Assembly (NCBI GenBank): GCA_040437565.1
Contig: JBDOQK010000001.1
Span: forward strand, 310,001 to 374,000
From: Albugo candida
Taxonomy: Eukaryota
DNA length: 64,000 nucleotides
Direction of reading: 5' to 3'
Every line of letters begins with the position of its first letter. Position 1 is the stretch's first letter. A program made the position numbers and the translations under genes. The notes under the pieces were generated by a model. That model saw only the letters and a program-made list of their open reading frames with translations. It did not search any database and was not told where the DNA came from. Positions 25,301 through 37,648 of this stretch are shown here, in pieces.

Positions 25301-26517
25301 CTTTGCGTGATGATTCTGACAGTCATATTGAGCATTAACTATTGTTAGAGACTCAAATCGAGGAAATGCAAATGCAGTGACTGATTGGTTCCATATTGTG
25401 CTACAGCCGTGAAAGTAAGGTCGAGTAGAGTTAACAACACGTCAGCTATTTAGGAATTCCAAGTCATCTGCAGTCGCCTCTACCGAAAGAAGAGCTTCGA
25501 CTTTTCAAAACCTAGCTTCACACTACAGTCTAAAGATGTCTACAACATGGATGCTTTTATGTGCACTATCTTATGCTATCCGACACTGGTTGGTCGTCTC
25601 TGACAGGTCAATGACAATGTCTTTCGCAGTTGTCTTTGTAAATGGGGTAGCAGTGTCAAGCTTCCAGCTTTAATCGTTCGCAACATAACGAATCTTCGTA
25701 TTCAGAGTCAAGAACATCATTTCAGCCATGCACGGGGAATTAATATTCTGACTTTGAACAATCCTACCACTAAAGNNNNNNNNNNNNNNNNNNNNNNNNN
25801 NNNNNNNNNNNNNNNNNNNNNNNNNNNNNNNNNNNNNNNNNNNNNNNNNNNNNNNNNNNNNNNNNNNNNNNNNNNCCTAGCTTCACACTACAGTCTAAAG
25901 ATGTCTACAACATGGATGCTTTTATGTGCACTATCTTATGCTATCCGACACTGGTTGGTCGTCTCTGACAGGTCAATGACAATGTCTTTCGCAGTTGTCT
26001 TTGTAAATGGGGTAGCAGTGTCAAGCTTCCAGCTTTAATCGTTCGCAACATAACGAATCTTCGTATTCAGAGTCAAGAACATCATTTCAGCCATGCACGG
26101 GGAATTAATATTCTGACTTTGAACAATCCTACCACTAAAGCCTCCACTTTACACAAATAAAGACATAAATTACCTTTGATTTCAAATGTTGAACTTCAAC
26201 TTCAACTTTGATGCTCTTACCAAATGTTTACTTCAACTAATTATCGCCAAATTTTCATCAGTAGCCGTAAAATATCAAAATGACATAATGAATTTAGAAA
26301 GAAATTGCCATGCGAGCAATCAAATCTCGGATAATTTGAGAGATGCGTAAGCGATTCATCGTTCCCACTGCTTTTACATCAAATGCGATCTCATCGTCAC
26401 GGAAACACAACACTCAACAGCCATATACGCGTAAATTCCGTCTCAATAAATATATCGTAAAAAGGTAAATGGCATATCGTTCCAAAGAAGTGCATACATA
26501 AATAAGGTGACGATAAA

Positions 26518-29500
26518 TCAGTCCAAAACGCTTTTTCTGAAAGGTACAGAATGACGTTCATCGCACGTAAATGCCCAAAGTTCGACCTGCACACAATAGA
26601 AGTCTTGTGTGGGAGCCAATGGTAAAGATCCAAACGTCTCACATGCACCAGTGGTTCCACAATGTAAGTCATTATCCTACAAAACACGCTGTCAGCAATC
26701 GGCAACGCATCACTCCATTCGTACCAAAAAAAGACCGAAATTCCCACCGCCGCCCATCATAAGCGCTTCCTCCGAGCAAAACATAAAGTAATTGTTTCGA
26801 CGACTCCACGGGTACACTGTCAGGGACAAACCAGCTTGAAAAGAGAATAGAAATGATTCGCCATTGCCGTAATAGTGAGAAGAACGACGCCAAACGTCAG
26901 AAGCGAATCCTCCAAACACATTATCGTTCGCATCTTTTACGACCAATAGCGTTGGGTACTTGGATTCCGACATTATGAGCAATGTATCGAGAGAGGAGCC
27001 GTCACGATCAGTGCTATACACGAGGTACCAGTTGCATAGTTGCGTGGTGATGGGAAGATGCTGATCGAGACGCGCGACATGGTCCAGCGTTAGAATACCG
27101 GAACGGTCCATCAATTTCTGACCATATGATTCAAGCGATTGTGATAGCGGCGTTTGTGTATGTTGATGCATGAACAAAGACTCTGCGTCAGCAAGTGTGG
27201 CGTCACGCCATTCGCGGTCGCGAGCATGCAGTTGTATCCATTCCGACTTGAAGTTTTCGACACTCCAAACCTCCTTTTCCAGCACTCGTTTCATTTCTTC
27301 AGCCAAGGAGTCCGTCACACGTGTAAACGATAAACACATTCGTTGTTGTGTGCCACACGCTTGAATCCATCGCATATGGAAAACATTACAGCACAGTGTA
27401 AAGAGCTTTTCAAAAGCAAACGTGTCGTCGAAAAGATGCCAAAATGGTTCCATAGCCAATGCGAAAACATCGATCGACTTGTCTGACGGACTAATTGTCA
27501 CAGTTAGTAGCGAAATTTACAGCTTACCGTGTGAGCCACTTACATGAGCTTGAGAAGCCGAACAAGTACGCTACACGCCCAAGAAACCAGCAGACCGGGA
27601 TTATATGTGGACACATTCGTGCTTCCTTGTGCCTGATCGTACCATCGCTACACGAACTGGAGCTTGAGCAAGGAGCTAGATTTAGCGAAATACATTACCA
27701 AAAGCGCATCTTCATCATGTTCGATGAGATAGTGGATGCATTCCAGCAAGAGGACACCGCCGTGCTCGAAATTCTCGGCGACACTCGACCGATCAAAGCC
27801 ATGGAGTTTCCAGGCTTCGATGATCGAATCCGGATTCTCGCATATAATCGCATCAATTTGGTCGAGTTCCTCAGTCGGCTTTTTCAAGCGATGAGCGTGG
27901 AGAACGATTGAGCGCGATATTTGATGGCAAAGAGGTGCGTGCGCATGATCCAATTTGCAGTGAAATTTTGTATGGATCGCATTCAATGCATCACATTTTG
28001 TATTAAAACGATTCTCTGCAGCTGAAATGGCACTTCGGACATCATGGAAAATGGTTTCGTAATTTTGAATTAGTCGTTCGACAAGTTGAGCGCCGATGGC
28101 CGCAAAGCGGACGTCATGGCTCATAGAGCTTCGTCTTGAGTTACTTTTTGTTAAAGTCGGTTGAGGAATGTGTACACCAGAAGTGGGGCTCGTGCCGCAC
28201 GATGATGCTCGAGGCATCACTGCTACCGCACAAGGCTCATTTCGAAACGCGATAACAGGTGCAAATATCTCAGCCGCAGTCTCCATGTCCAGTCCATTAC
28301 ATTGGGAATGTTGCTGTAAGCGATGCAATAAAAAAGTAATTTTTTCCAAAATGAGTTTGCTCGACAGCGGCAATGTGTCGATCAAACACGCCAAATTCCG
28401 AACACTTGCAGCTTGTTCTTTCAAATGTGCGGCAGCGATAAACGCGTCATATTTCTCAGTCGTTACAAGTGGTTCCGGTGAGTTTTTAAATACATCCAGG
28501 AGCAAGGCTGCAGCCTCATGAAGTTGCAAGTCGTCAGGGAGCGTGCTGTTCGACTCTACGAATTCACGGAGTTCATAAATACGAGTGCTGACAACAGTTG
28601 CTCGGAAGAGACGAGGTGTATCAAGATTGTGTAAAATGAAATCGATACATTCTTGAATGATATTTGGGATCGATAGTGTTGGATCGATCAATGCAAAACG
28701 AGAGTGGTATGGATTTTTGCAAATATAAGCGAGGCTGACGCCGAAGAGATATTGCCATGGTTTGATTCCAGCATGTCGATGAGGATAATGTACTGCTGTG
28801 ATTTCGACAATTTCTTCGTCATTGAGCATCATTTTTTCGGAACATTCTGGAGGTTGAGAAGGGCTTTCTAACTGAACAGATGGGTCGATTTCTTGCTCTT
28901 GATACGAGCATTCACTGGAATCTCTTTGCCAATGACTGAAAGGGATGGTGTTGACTTGGATCATGAAACGAAGTGGAGAAGCCTGGTGAAGGAAATGCAG
29001 AAAAGCTTCCTGGCTTTGCGGGCATCGCATTATGGCCCAGTCTTCATAGCTGGCATGGATCAGCTGCACACATGCCGATGAGAGGATGTATTGCATTGTG
29101 CATTCCAGTGAGTGGTTATTGAGAACGATCTTGAGCCAGCAAATCGACTTCCCGATGGTGTCCTGTGGTCCCACACGAACAAATCAATATTGGCGTCCTG
29201 GCTAATTCTCTACTTGAACCTGAAAATGTAACGAACCGGGCAAAGCATATCGGCGATTTCTACGCTCTGTGTGAGGATGGGTTCATTGATTATGAGACTG
29301 CATGAGGAGAGAAGATTCCACCACGAAAGGTTCGGATTCAAGCCAACGTGAACACAATCCTGGAAGGCGGCTCCTTCATTACTTGATATTAGCAGTGCTA
29401 TCAAGAAATAGAGGTAATGTGACATACCAAAAGCATGTACACAGGAATCCTCTTCAGTGCATGGCGCATTGGCGTCGAAATCACGATCTGTGCAGGTTTG

Positions 29501-29689
29501 CAGAAGAAGCTCAACTGCTTCTCGCAAGGATGTCTGCACGAATGAGTTTCAATGTTGTTTGAACGCATTGTGAAACGCGTGACAGAAAGAAGCGACATGT
29601 ACCAGACAGCAAAGTTGCAGTTCCTCTTTCTCCTCTGAATGCGTGACTTCATTTTTCTGCGATATCCAATGAGAAAATCGATGGAACAT
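26518..29689 (-). CDS. Multidomain RUN + RhoGAP + ELMO-like + TLDc protein, ~7 exons
   Basis: RUN-like (GKSICWLKIVLNNHSL...YEDWAIMR), RhoGAP (LFGVSL...IPNIIQECIDFI...LFR...PEPLVT...NGLDMETAAEIFAP), ELMO-like (WKLHGF...ENFEHGGVLLLECIHY; FEKLF...FHMRW) and TLDc (WYLVYSTDRDGSSL...VFGGF...YYGNGESFLF...MGGGGNFGLFL|DNDLHCG...CETF). ATG at 29689, stop at 26518, joined by GT..AG introns. Confidence 0.75.
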
Positions 29690-31449
29690 TATCGCGACGC
29701 CCAACGATCGAGTGTCGACTTCTTAAAGGAGAGCCTTTGCGGTCGCTAATTGGATGATAATAATATAACTCGCGATTTTCTATCAATCACTGGCAACGTT
29801 AATGGTATTTCACTTTTCATCAAGCATTTAGTTTTAAGACTGGTTTTTGATGAGTTTAAACGTGAAGCCTGCGAAGTGTGGATGCATTAGTCACTGAGCG
29901 TGCATTGGCGAAGGAGAAGTGAAGAAGACTTTTATGAAATATCAGTAAAGTGGGTGATTGCGTTTTCAGATCTTGTGATTGATATGCAGTACGCGATCTA
30001 CCTCACTCAGTCTAATGATGCGATGATAGTATTTGCCTGTTTGGGAAGAGCTATCACCAGCATGATGCATGTATACAGCTCGACTCTGATTAGAGTATAC
30101 TTTTTGACTCAAGTGCTGATTTTCTAATTAGGACGCATCCTAGAAGTACCTTGTTTCGATCTCGATTCGGTGACATTTGACCAGGTCCACTAGTTTTCTC
30201 ATGACAACGTACGAATATAAGATGCTAAAGACTATCCGTTTATAGAGGTGAAATGACTGGTTGGCAAAAAAATATTTGACGACGTGAGTGCTTTCATTAT
30301 TCAACTGGACTCTTTGGAGGTTTTGATTCACAGAGAAATCTCAAAGGGTATGCATTCGCGCTGAGTCTTACGACATTGAGGATTTCGCGACGCAAACAGT
30401 TGTACAGTGAAGTCTCGATGTTGAGCCTGAGATCGCTGACGATTCTGTTGCTGGCTGATCACGAGCTCCATCGATTGATGGCTTTATATTCCCAATCTTT
30501 TTGCAAGTCAATTCGACAATGATGCAAAAGAAAAACCATAGAGCAAACATTTTCAATTGCATTAGACTATTCTTTGAATAATTCAACAAATAATTTTTTC
30601 AATTGCGATGCTCACTTCTCATTTTCTAATAAGAATGACAGAGTCGATTCTGATAGCACCTTCTGCTAAAACCGTAATTGATGCTTGCCTTCCATATTTT
30701 TGACCTCGTCTGCGGAGGTTTCATCTGATCATGCGACTTTCGCGCTACCGTATCCTCTAAAGTTCAAACAATTTATGAAGACAACATCCTCGCCTCCTTG
30801 ACCAGTGAGATAACGAGTCCTTCAATAGTATCTGTCGTATTGACCTACTTGTATATACTTTGTATTCGGCTCATCAATCAAAGCCCAATTCCTTGCAATA
30901 GGTCCTTACTCTCCATACCTCACAACACGCTTGTCACCATCACTGCTGACTTACTATGAGGCAATGAATCCTCTCTCAACTATACGCATTTTGATCAACC
31001 AGCTGTCCATCACTCTTCGGAGAAGTAAATGATCGACACACAAACAGCAATTTAGCTCAACATGCTTTCAGATATACGATCATGCAGAAAACGCCCGTTT
31101 GACGACAAGCTTTACTTTATATGTAGCATGCAATAGGTATGCTTATAAGATGGGAGACATCTCGTCATCGGTGCTAATCGCTTTTACAATGTGTGTCGAT
31201 CCATCCAATTTTGCACTATTTCCTATCAGCAAGTTGATTGATTAGGCGATATCACACTCTTTCGACCCAATTATCGACACATTCGTAGAGGTGGAACGAA
31301 TAAATTTTACCGACAACCGTTTTATGCATCAAGTACTGCCAATCATGACGTCTTAAGTGAAAAGAGCGAGTATGCTCTTTTTCGCCTTTCTGTTGGGACA
31401 TATCATATTCTGACTAGATCCTTCTCTATGTCACAATCTATTCTTTGAA

Positions 31450-32805
31450 ATGGTGAGCGCTTCCACCAACTGCCAGTCTTCCACTATCACCCGACAAGGA
31501 CCTTTGAGATATATGAATGCGATTCAAAAAGAATTATCTCATCTCAATACCATCCAATCCAAACCGCCTGAGCGTCAGTCACATCTAAAAACACTTCCGT
31601 TACCGAAACACTACTTTTCATCGCCATTTCTTTCAGCCGCTCAAGTGGACGAGTACGAAGCAGTAGCGGAAGCATTGCTCCAAGATGCATTGGAGCGTCA
31701 CGAACGAGAAAAACTAAATGGAGGTATCGATCTCTCCTGGCGCCATAGTGGAAATGCGTATGGAATCAGCCAATTTATCAAAAGCGAAGGCGAGAATCAA
31801 TACTATCGACTAGAAGGGAAAATTCGTGTGCAACTGTCACTGCTTTTGCGCACAGTTCGTGCTATCAATGACGACGAGCTGCTGGCCCGACGAACAGCGC
31901 TGTATGGAGACGCATTGGATGGACAGAATTTATATTTGGTAAAAGATCAGTCACAGATAAGTGGAACGTCTCAGCTCGCAATACAATGGGAAGCCATCGC
32001 CATGTCCCCAACAGACAAACGGCATCGATACGATATGTGTGCGTTAGATTACGCTGGAAGTGATCAAGATATCAATGGAACACCGATGGTGTTTAAAGTG
32101 AGCCACTCTATTTATGTTCCTCAATGTGTGTCGCTGTTTGAATCGCACGGCCTTTGTCGATTAGAAGGGACTGAAGTGATGCTCCTTCGACCTTGCCCGG
32201 AAAACACAATGCTCACTGAAATCGTGATTGATGGTTCCTTCTCACCAAAATACCGGATTGACGATTATGTTCTTACGTCATATTTGGAACAGCGATGTCA
32301 AGTCCTTGGCAAATTGGCAGACTTTGCATTGGCAAAACGACTCGCATCAATTCCGTTGTTGGACAGAGCCCTTTGGATCCCGACACATGAGCGAAAACGA
32401 TGCTGCATTTGCATTTATCGCTTTCATATGCTTTCAAGAAAGGTGAATTGTCAAGCATGCGGAGAAATTGTGTGCAAGTCGTGTGTAATTGCTCGCAAGT
32501 CGGTGCATGATGGTGTGAAGAAAGAGAAGAATTTGGTAAAAGACATCAAGTTTTGTAAGAGATGTGTGATTATGGCCACGGACGAAGAAGAAAGATTGGC
32601 GATTCATGAGTTTAAAGCAAAAGAGATTGACGATCAACGATTCAGTATTCAGGATTACTTCTACTCGAATAGTGTCAAGACGGCAATGAATTTGTATGCG
32701 AAATCGGCGCAGAGCTATTTGGCGAGAGGATTGGCAGCATATCATCCAATGAATGCGATCGCACACGGGGCTGCTGGAATCGAAGGGTCCGGAAGGCTTC
32801 CTTGA
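31450..32805 (+). CDS. START-like + FYVE-type zinc-finger protein (oomycete-expanded family)
   Basis: WIPTHERKRCCIC..F...RKVNCQACGEIVCKSC...FCKRC, preceded by a helix-grip-like region with the family-typical LPLPKHYF start. A further 3' exon to ~32990 is possible. Confidence 0.75.
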   Translation: MVSASTNCQSSTITRQGPLRYMNAIQKELSHLNTIQSKPPERQSHLKTLPLPKHYFSSPFLSAAQVDEYEAVAEALLQDALERHEREKLNGGIDLSWRHSGNAYGISQFIKSEGENQYYRLEGKIRVQLSLLLRTVRAINDDELLARRTALYGDALDGQNLYLVKDQSQISGTSQLAIQWEAIAMSPTDKRHRYDMCALDYAGSDQDINGTPMVFKVSHSIYVPQCVSLFESHGLCRLEGTEVMLLRPCPENTMLTEIVIDGSFSPKYRIDDYVLTSYLEQRCQVLGKLADFALAKRLASIPLLDRALWIPTHERKRCCICIYRFHMLSRKVNCQACGEIVCKSCVIARKSVHDGVKKEKNLVKDIKFCKRCVIMATDEEERLAIHEFKAKEIDDQRFSIQDYFYSNSVKTAMNLYAKSAQSYLARGLAAYHPMNAIAHGAAGIEGSGRLP

Positions 32806-33465
32806 TTGAGCATTGCGTAAGAGATTTGTGTATGACCTCGAGTTGGTAAGTGTGAATGAAGCTATTTGGCGTATCAAGTGTCACGTGGAGCGTGGAGCGT
32901 CGGTGAGGAGTCGATTGTCAGATTGGAAGTGGAGTACAATACAGCAGGAGGAAACGTACACGCAGGCTACTGGAAGCTACGTTGTGTTCTGAAGGTGATA
33001 GGAAAAAACGTGTTGCAATGTGCTGTTAAGGTCGCTTAATCGATAACCCAAAATGTTTAGTTTCCTTTATATGAGAAGACGTCTTAACACCCGCTGTAGT
33101 GCAACACACTATACTAAATAGAAGTTTAACCCATACTTTCTGTCACAGATGTTGTCACTACATACACGACCCCGGATAAGACTATCGATAGAACCTCGTG
33201 TACTACATGAAGCATTATTCTATAGAATAAGACGTATCAGTCACTGGAAAGGAATACCGATACAATTGGTGAAACTGCGCCCCGATACAGTAAATAGCTC
33301 AATTGAATTTTGAGCTTACGAATCGGACGCGCGGGAGAAATTACACATGAAAACAAAGCAGTATTTTTTGTATTCAGAGAGTGATGCACGTCGAATCGAA
33401 GTTCGGAAACGCTTACGCTTACTTGCGTCGGTACGAGCAGTGTATGCTTTTGATTGAGCTTTGGG

Positions 33466-36118
33466 TTAAGGCGAAGAAGAGCGTTTGATCTCCTTCGCAT
33501 TCACATTTTCAAGAATATTCCACGAACGGTTCTTTACTCGTTGCTCGATTTCTTGTTCGTGCTGTTGTTTTTCATTGATCGCGTACTTCTCCACTTCTTG
33601 TAAGATTCCCATAAGTTCGGTCACACTTTTTGATGAGGGGTCCAACAATCGATGGAGTGCTTCTTGCTTTAGGACTGAGGGTGATATAACGCCTTTATAT
33701 TTAACCGTCTTCAAAATTTCATCGATTTTGGAACGCTCCGTATTCTCTGAGACACATTTCAATCGGCAAATGGCCCCAGCGTCTCTAACTGAGCGGGAGT
33801 AAAGACCATCAGATGTCACACTGTTCAACGTATGTTGAATGGTATCATCAGAAGTTCCCAATGGGCAATTTTTCAATATGTAGATGACTTCTTCTTCTCG
33901 TGCTCTCTTTTCGTAGCTGGGTTCATCTTTCGCGATCTCCCTGATCATTTCAACAATCCGTAGAGGGATATCTGGAGGGAGATTTTGGATTATATATATT
34001 GCTTTTAGACCAGATGCTTCATAAAGATTCGCGTAATAATACACACGTGTGAGGATTTCCATGATGGTCGATGAAGGTGTACCTGATGGGAGATTGTTCA
34101 ATCTATAGATTGCTTCTTGCTCGAGTACTGAGTGAGATACAACGCCATTATTCGTCACCTCGTTCACAATCTTTTCAATTTCCGAATTACCAGCACCTGG
34201 TTGGAGATTTCTCAATCGGCAAATGGCTACAGCGTCTTGCATTTCGCGAGACAGAACGCCACCAATTGTCACACTGTTTAACGAATATCGACTTCTTTTT
34301 TCAGTGTGAAGAGATGCGCAATTCTTCAACCCGTAGCTGATCTCAGCATCTCGTGCTCTCTTGTTGTATTCATCATTAAACTTGGATTCCACGTATTTCA
34401 CGAGTCGTATGGTTATCCATGCAGGGAGATGGGGCTGGAGGTTTTGGATACTATGGATAGCTTGTTCAACCATTGGATCATAATTGACTCCACGCTTCTC
34501 CATGTTTACTAAGATCTCAAAAATTGTCGATAAAGGTGTACCTGATGGGAGATTGTTCAATCTATAGATTGCTTCTTGCTCGAGTACTGAGTGAGATACA
34601 ACGCCACCATGCTTCACCTTGTTCACAATCTTTTCAATTTTCGAATTACCAGCACCTGGTTGGAGATTTCTCAATCGGCAAATGGCTACAGCGTCTTGCA
34701 TTTCGCGAGACAGAACGAAGTTCTTTTGCCTCCTAGATTCTAAGTAAAGTTCGATCTGTTGTTCAGAGGTATCAGGTGGGCAATATTTCCATGTGTAGCG
34801 GGTTATTCTCCCGTTAAATCCACCCACAGCGCTTTGTTCGACGAGTTCCGTGACTATCGATATAGGAACACGGGCCGGGAGGTTTTCGATTATATTGATA
34901 GCATCTTCATGCGGTTGATCAGAATTGACTCCATCCTTCTCCTTCTCCATGTTTTGTAAGATCTCAGAAATTGTCGATAAAGGTGTACCTGATGGGAGAT
35001 TGTTCAATCTATAGATTGCTTCTTGCTCGAGTACTGAGTGAGATACAACGCCACCATGCTTCACCTTGTTCACAATCTTTTCAATTTNNNNNNNNNNNNN
35101 NNNNNNNNNNNNNNNNNNNNNNNNNNNNNNNNNNNNNNNNNNNNNNNNNNNNNNNNNNNNNNNNNNNNNNNNNNNNNNNNNNNNNNNATATAGGAACACG
35201 GGCCGGGAGGTTTTCGATTATATTGATAGCATCTTCATACGATTGATCAAAATTGACTCCACGCTTCTCCATGTTTACTAAGATCTCAACAATTGTCGGA
35301 AAAGGTGTACCTGATGGGAGATTGTTCAATCTATAGATTGCTTCTTGCTCGAGTACTGAGTGAGATACAACGCCACCATGCTTCACCTTGTTCACAATCT
35401 TTTCAATTTCCGAATTACCAGCACCTGGTTGGAGATTTCTCAATCGGCAAATGGCTAGAGCGTCTTGCACTTTGCCAGACAGAACGCCATTATGCGTCAC
35501 AGTGCTCAAGCTTCGTTTGATTGTTTCCTCAGAGGTATCAGATGGGCAATTTTCAAAAAAGTAGATGACTTCTGCTTCTCGCGCGCTATTGTAGTTTCCA
35601 CCGTTAAAGTGCACGTTCTTCATGATATCGAGGAGTATCGAGATGGGGACACCGCGCGGGAGGTTTCGAATTGAATGAACAGCTTGTTCTTCGAGTACGC
35701 GGTGAGGAACAGCTCCATAACGCTTCAAGCATTCGACGAGTTTAGCGACTGTGAGGATGTCCAAGCGGTAGTTCTCTTTCATGATCCTTATTACCACATC
35801 GTCTGCGAATCCTTTTGGAACGGCGGTATTTGAGCGATCTAGCGCGTCTAATAGAGACATGATTTGATGTACTGCATCTCGAGGTTGCCCTATGTCAATA
35901 ATCGACAATTTCCATTCAGCTTCCTTTACAGGGTCCATTGGTCCAATTAGCGTAGGCGGAAGCGTAAGCGGACGCAATTCCAGATAATGATGGTAGGTTA
36001 CACGTGATTTTTTGACCTTCGATGTAGCTATTTGCTTGCCTGGTTGCATCGCTATTGAGGTTGTTGCTAGCAGCAGTAAACTAGCTGCGATGATAGCCAG
36101 ATGAATGATATTGGCCAT
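33466..36118 (-). CDS. Secreted tandem-repeat protein, candidate effector
   Basis: Signal peptide MANIIHLAIIAASLLLLATTSIA, no introns needed, ~150-aa super-repeats; spans a gap at 35088-35187. Confidence 0.8.
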
Positions 36119-36132
36119 GATCGTTCTTGATA

Positions 36133-36148
36133 GCAAATTAAGAAATGA
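36133..36148 (-). promoter_or_regulatory. INR-FPR-like oomycete core promoter
   Basis: Minus strand TCATTTCTTAATTTGC, 15-30 bp upstream of the ATG at 36118; one mismatch to TCATTYYNCAWTTT. Confidence 0.6.
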
Positions 36149-36495
36149 TGAAGTTTGTAACACGATGATTTTAAGAATGAATGCCCGTAGTACTAATTCA
36201 CTAAAGTGGAATCACGCTGACTCTATAGGGTTTCCTTAAGCAGTGCTGGATTTATATGTGAAAGTCTCGAAGTGTAACACGACGATGCGCTGAGTGGCTG
36301 TAGGACTAATGATATTCAAGTGTTCATTTGCTTCGAGAGGAGAGGCAACAATTCAATTCCATAAAAATCAGAATGATTTGAAGATAGGTTACGGCTGCGA
36401 TTTGTTGCAACTTACTTATAACGTTGAGACAATAACAGCAGGTAGAGCTTTGGTATATTATCGGTAGGAGTATCGGAACATTGTATTATTATTAA

Positions 36496-36719
36496 GGGGT
36501 TATAAAAAATATACACNNNNNNNNNNNNNNNNNNNNNNNNNNNNNNNNNNNNNNNNNNNNNNNNNNNNNNNNNNNNNNNNNNNNNNNNNNNNNNNNNNNN
36601 NNNNNNNNNNNNNNNNCGTACGTATAGTACACATCCTTGGTACATTTTTTTTATTATTCAATCTTGTGGTATTTTTATTTTATTTTTCATTTATCTTGGT
36701 GTATATTTTTTATAACCCC
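36496..36719. mobile_element. Mutator-like (MULE) MITE or TIR element; interior lies in the gap
   Basis: 21-bp perfect TIR GGGGTTATAAAAAATATACAC (36496-36516) / GTGTATATTTTTTATAACCCC (36699-36719). 9-bp direct repeat TATTATTAA at 36487-36495 and 36720-36728. Confidence 0.8.
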
Positions 36720-37648
36720 TATTATTAAAGGATGCATTCAAAACGGGAATCGTGGAAGTGGTTAGCAACGATACTGCCACGTGGCAATATGAGATGATGT
36801 GATTGGTCATACTCGAATCTGTGTAACTTTGCCTTTCTGACTCCGGCAACCCTGTTATTATTCAATATCATGATATCAATAATTACCAAGTCGTACAAAT
36901 TGGACCTTATTCGGCTCGATCTATCAATATTGCTGCAGGAGGAATATATGTTTCGTTGGAGCTTATTTTATTCTCGTAATAGTGTTATTCGCGGCTTAGT
37001 TGCCCAGCTCTAAATAGGTGATATGTAGACACCACAGAGAAACTATCAGGAAGCTATCTTTGGTTCGTCATGTCTCCTTATCAGAGTATAAGGNNNNNNN
37101 NNNNNNNNNNNNNNNNNNNNNNNNNNNNNNNNNNNNNNNNNNNNNNNNNNNNNNNNNNNNNNNNNNNNNNNNNNNNNNNNNNNNNNNNNNNNNCTCGATC
37201 TATCAATATTGCTGCAGGAGGAATATATGTTTCGTTGGAGCTTATTTTATTCTCGTAATAGTGTTATTCGCGGCTTAGTTGCCCAGCTCTAAATAGGTGA
37301 TATGTAGACACCACAGAGAAACTATCAGGAAGCTATCTTTGGTTCGTCATGTCTCCTTATCAGAGTATAAGGCACGGTTCCATATACAATATAAATGTCC
37401 TGCGACTCTTGCTGCGTAGTGATAAGTGAACGCTGTGATCAAACACTAATGCGAAGACTAGTGTTAATGTCAAATATGTCATTATATGTCTCGAAGTTAT
37501 TGGCCGAACTTATGATCTTACATTCGACCTCCGTGTCGGTGTACAGTCTTCATTCTGTCTCGGTAAAATAAATGTACATGCATTTGTGTAAACACGCCTT
37601 TGTTAGATCATTACACGTCATTCTTCAGAGCACGACGCACCGCTGTGC

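Noticed and set aside
34080-35460. Regularly spaced near-identical DNA repeats as a CRISPR array or satellite
   Set aside because: Eukaryotic context; units are ~450 bp, in frame and protein-coding.
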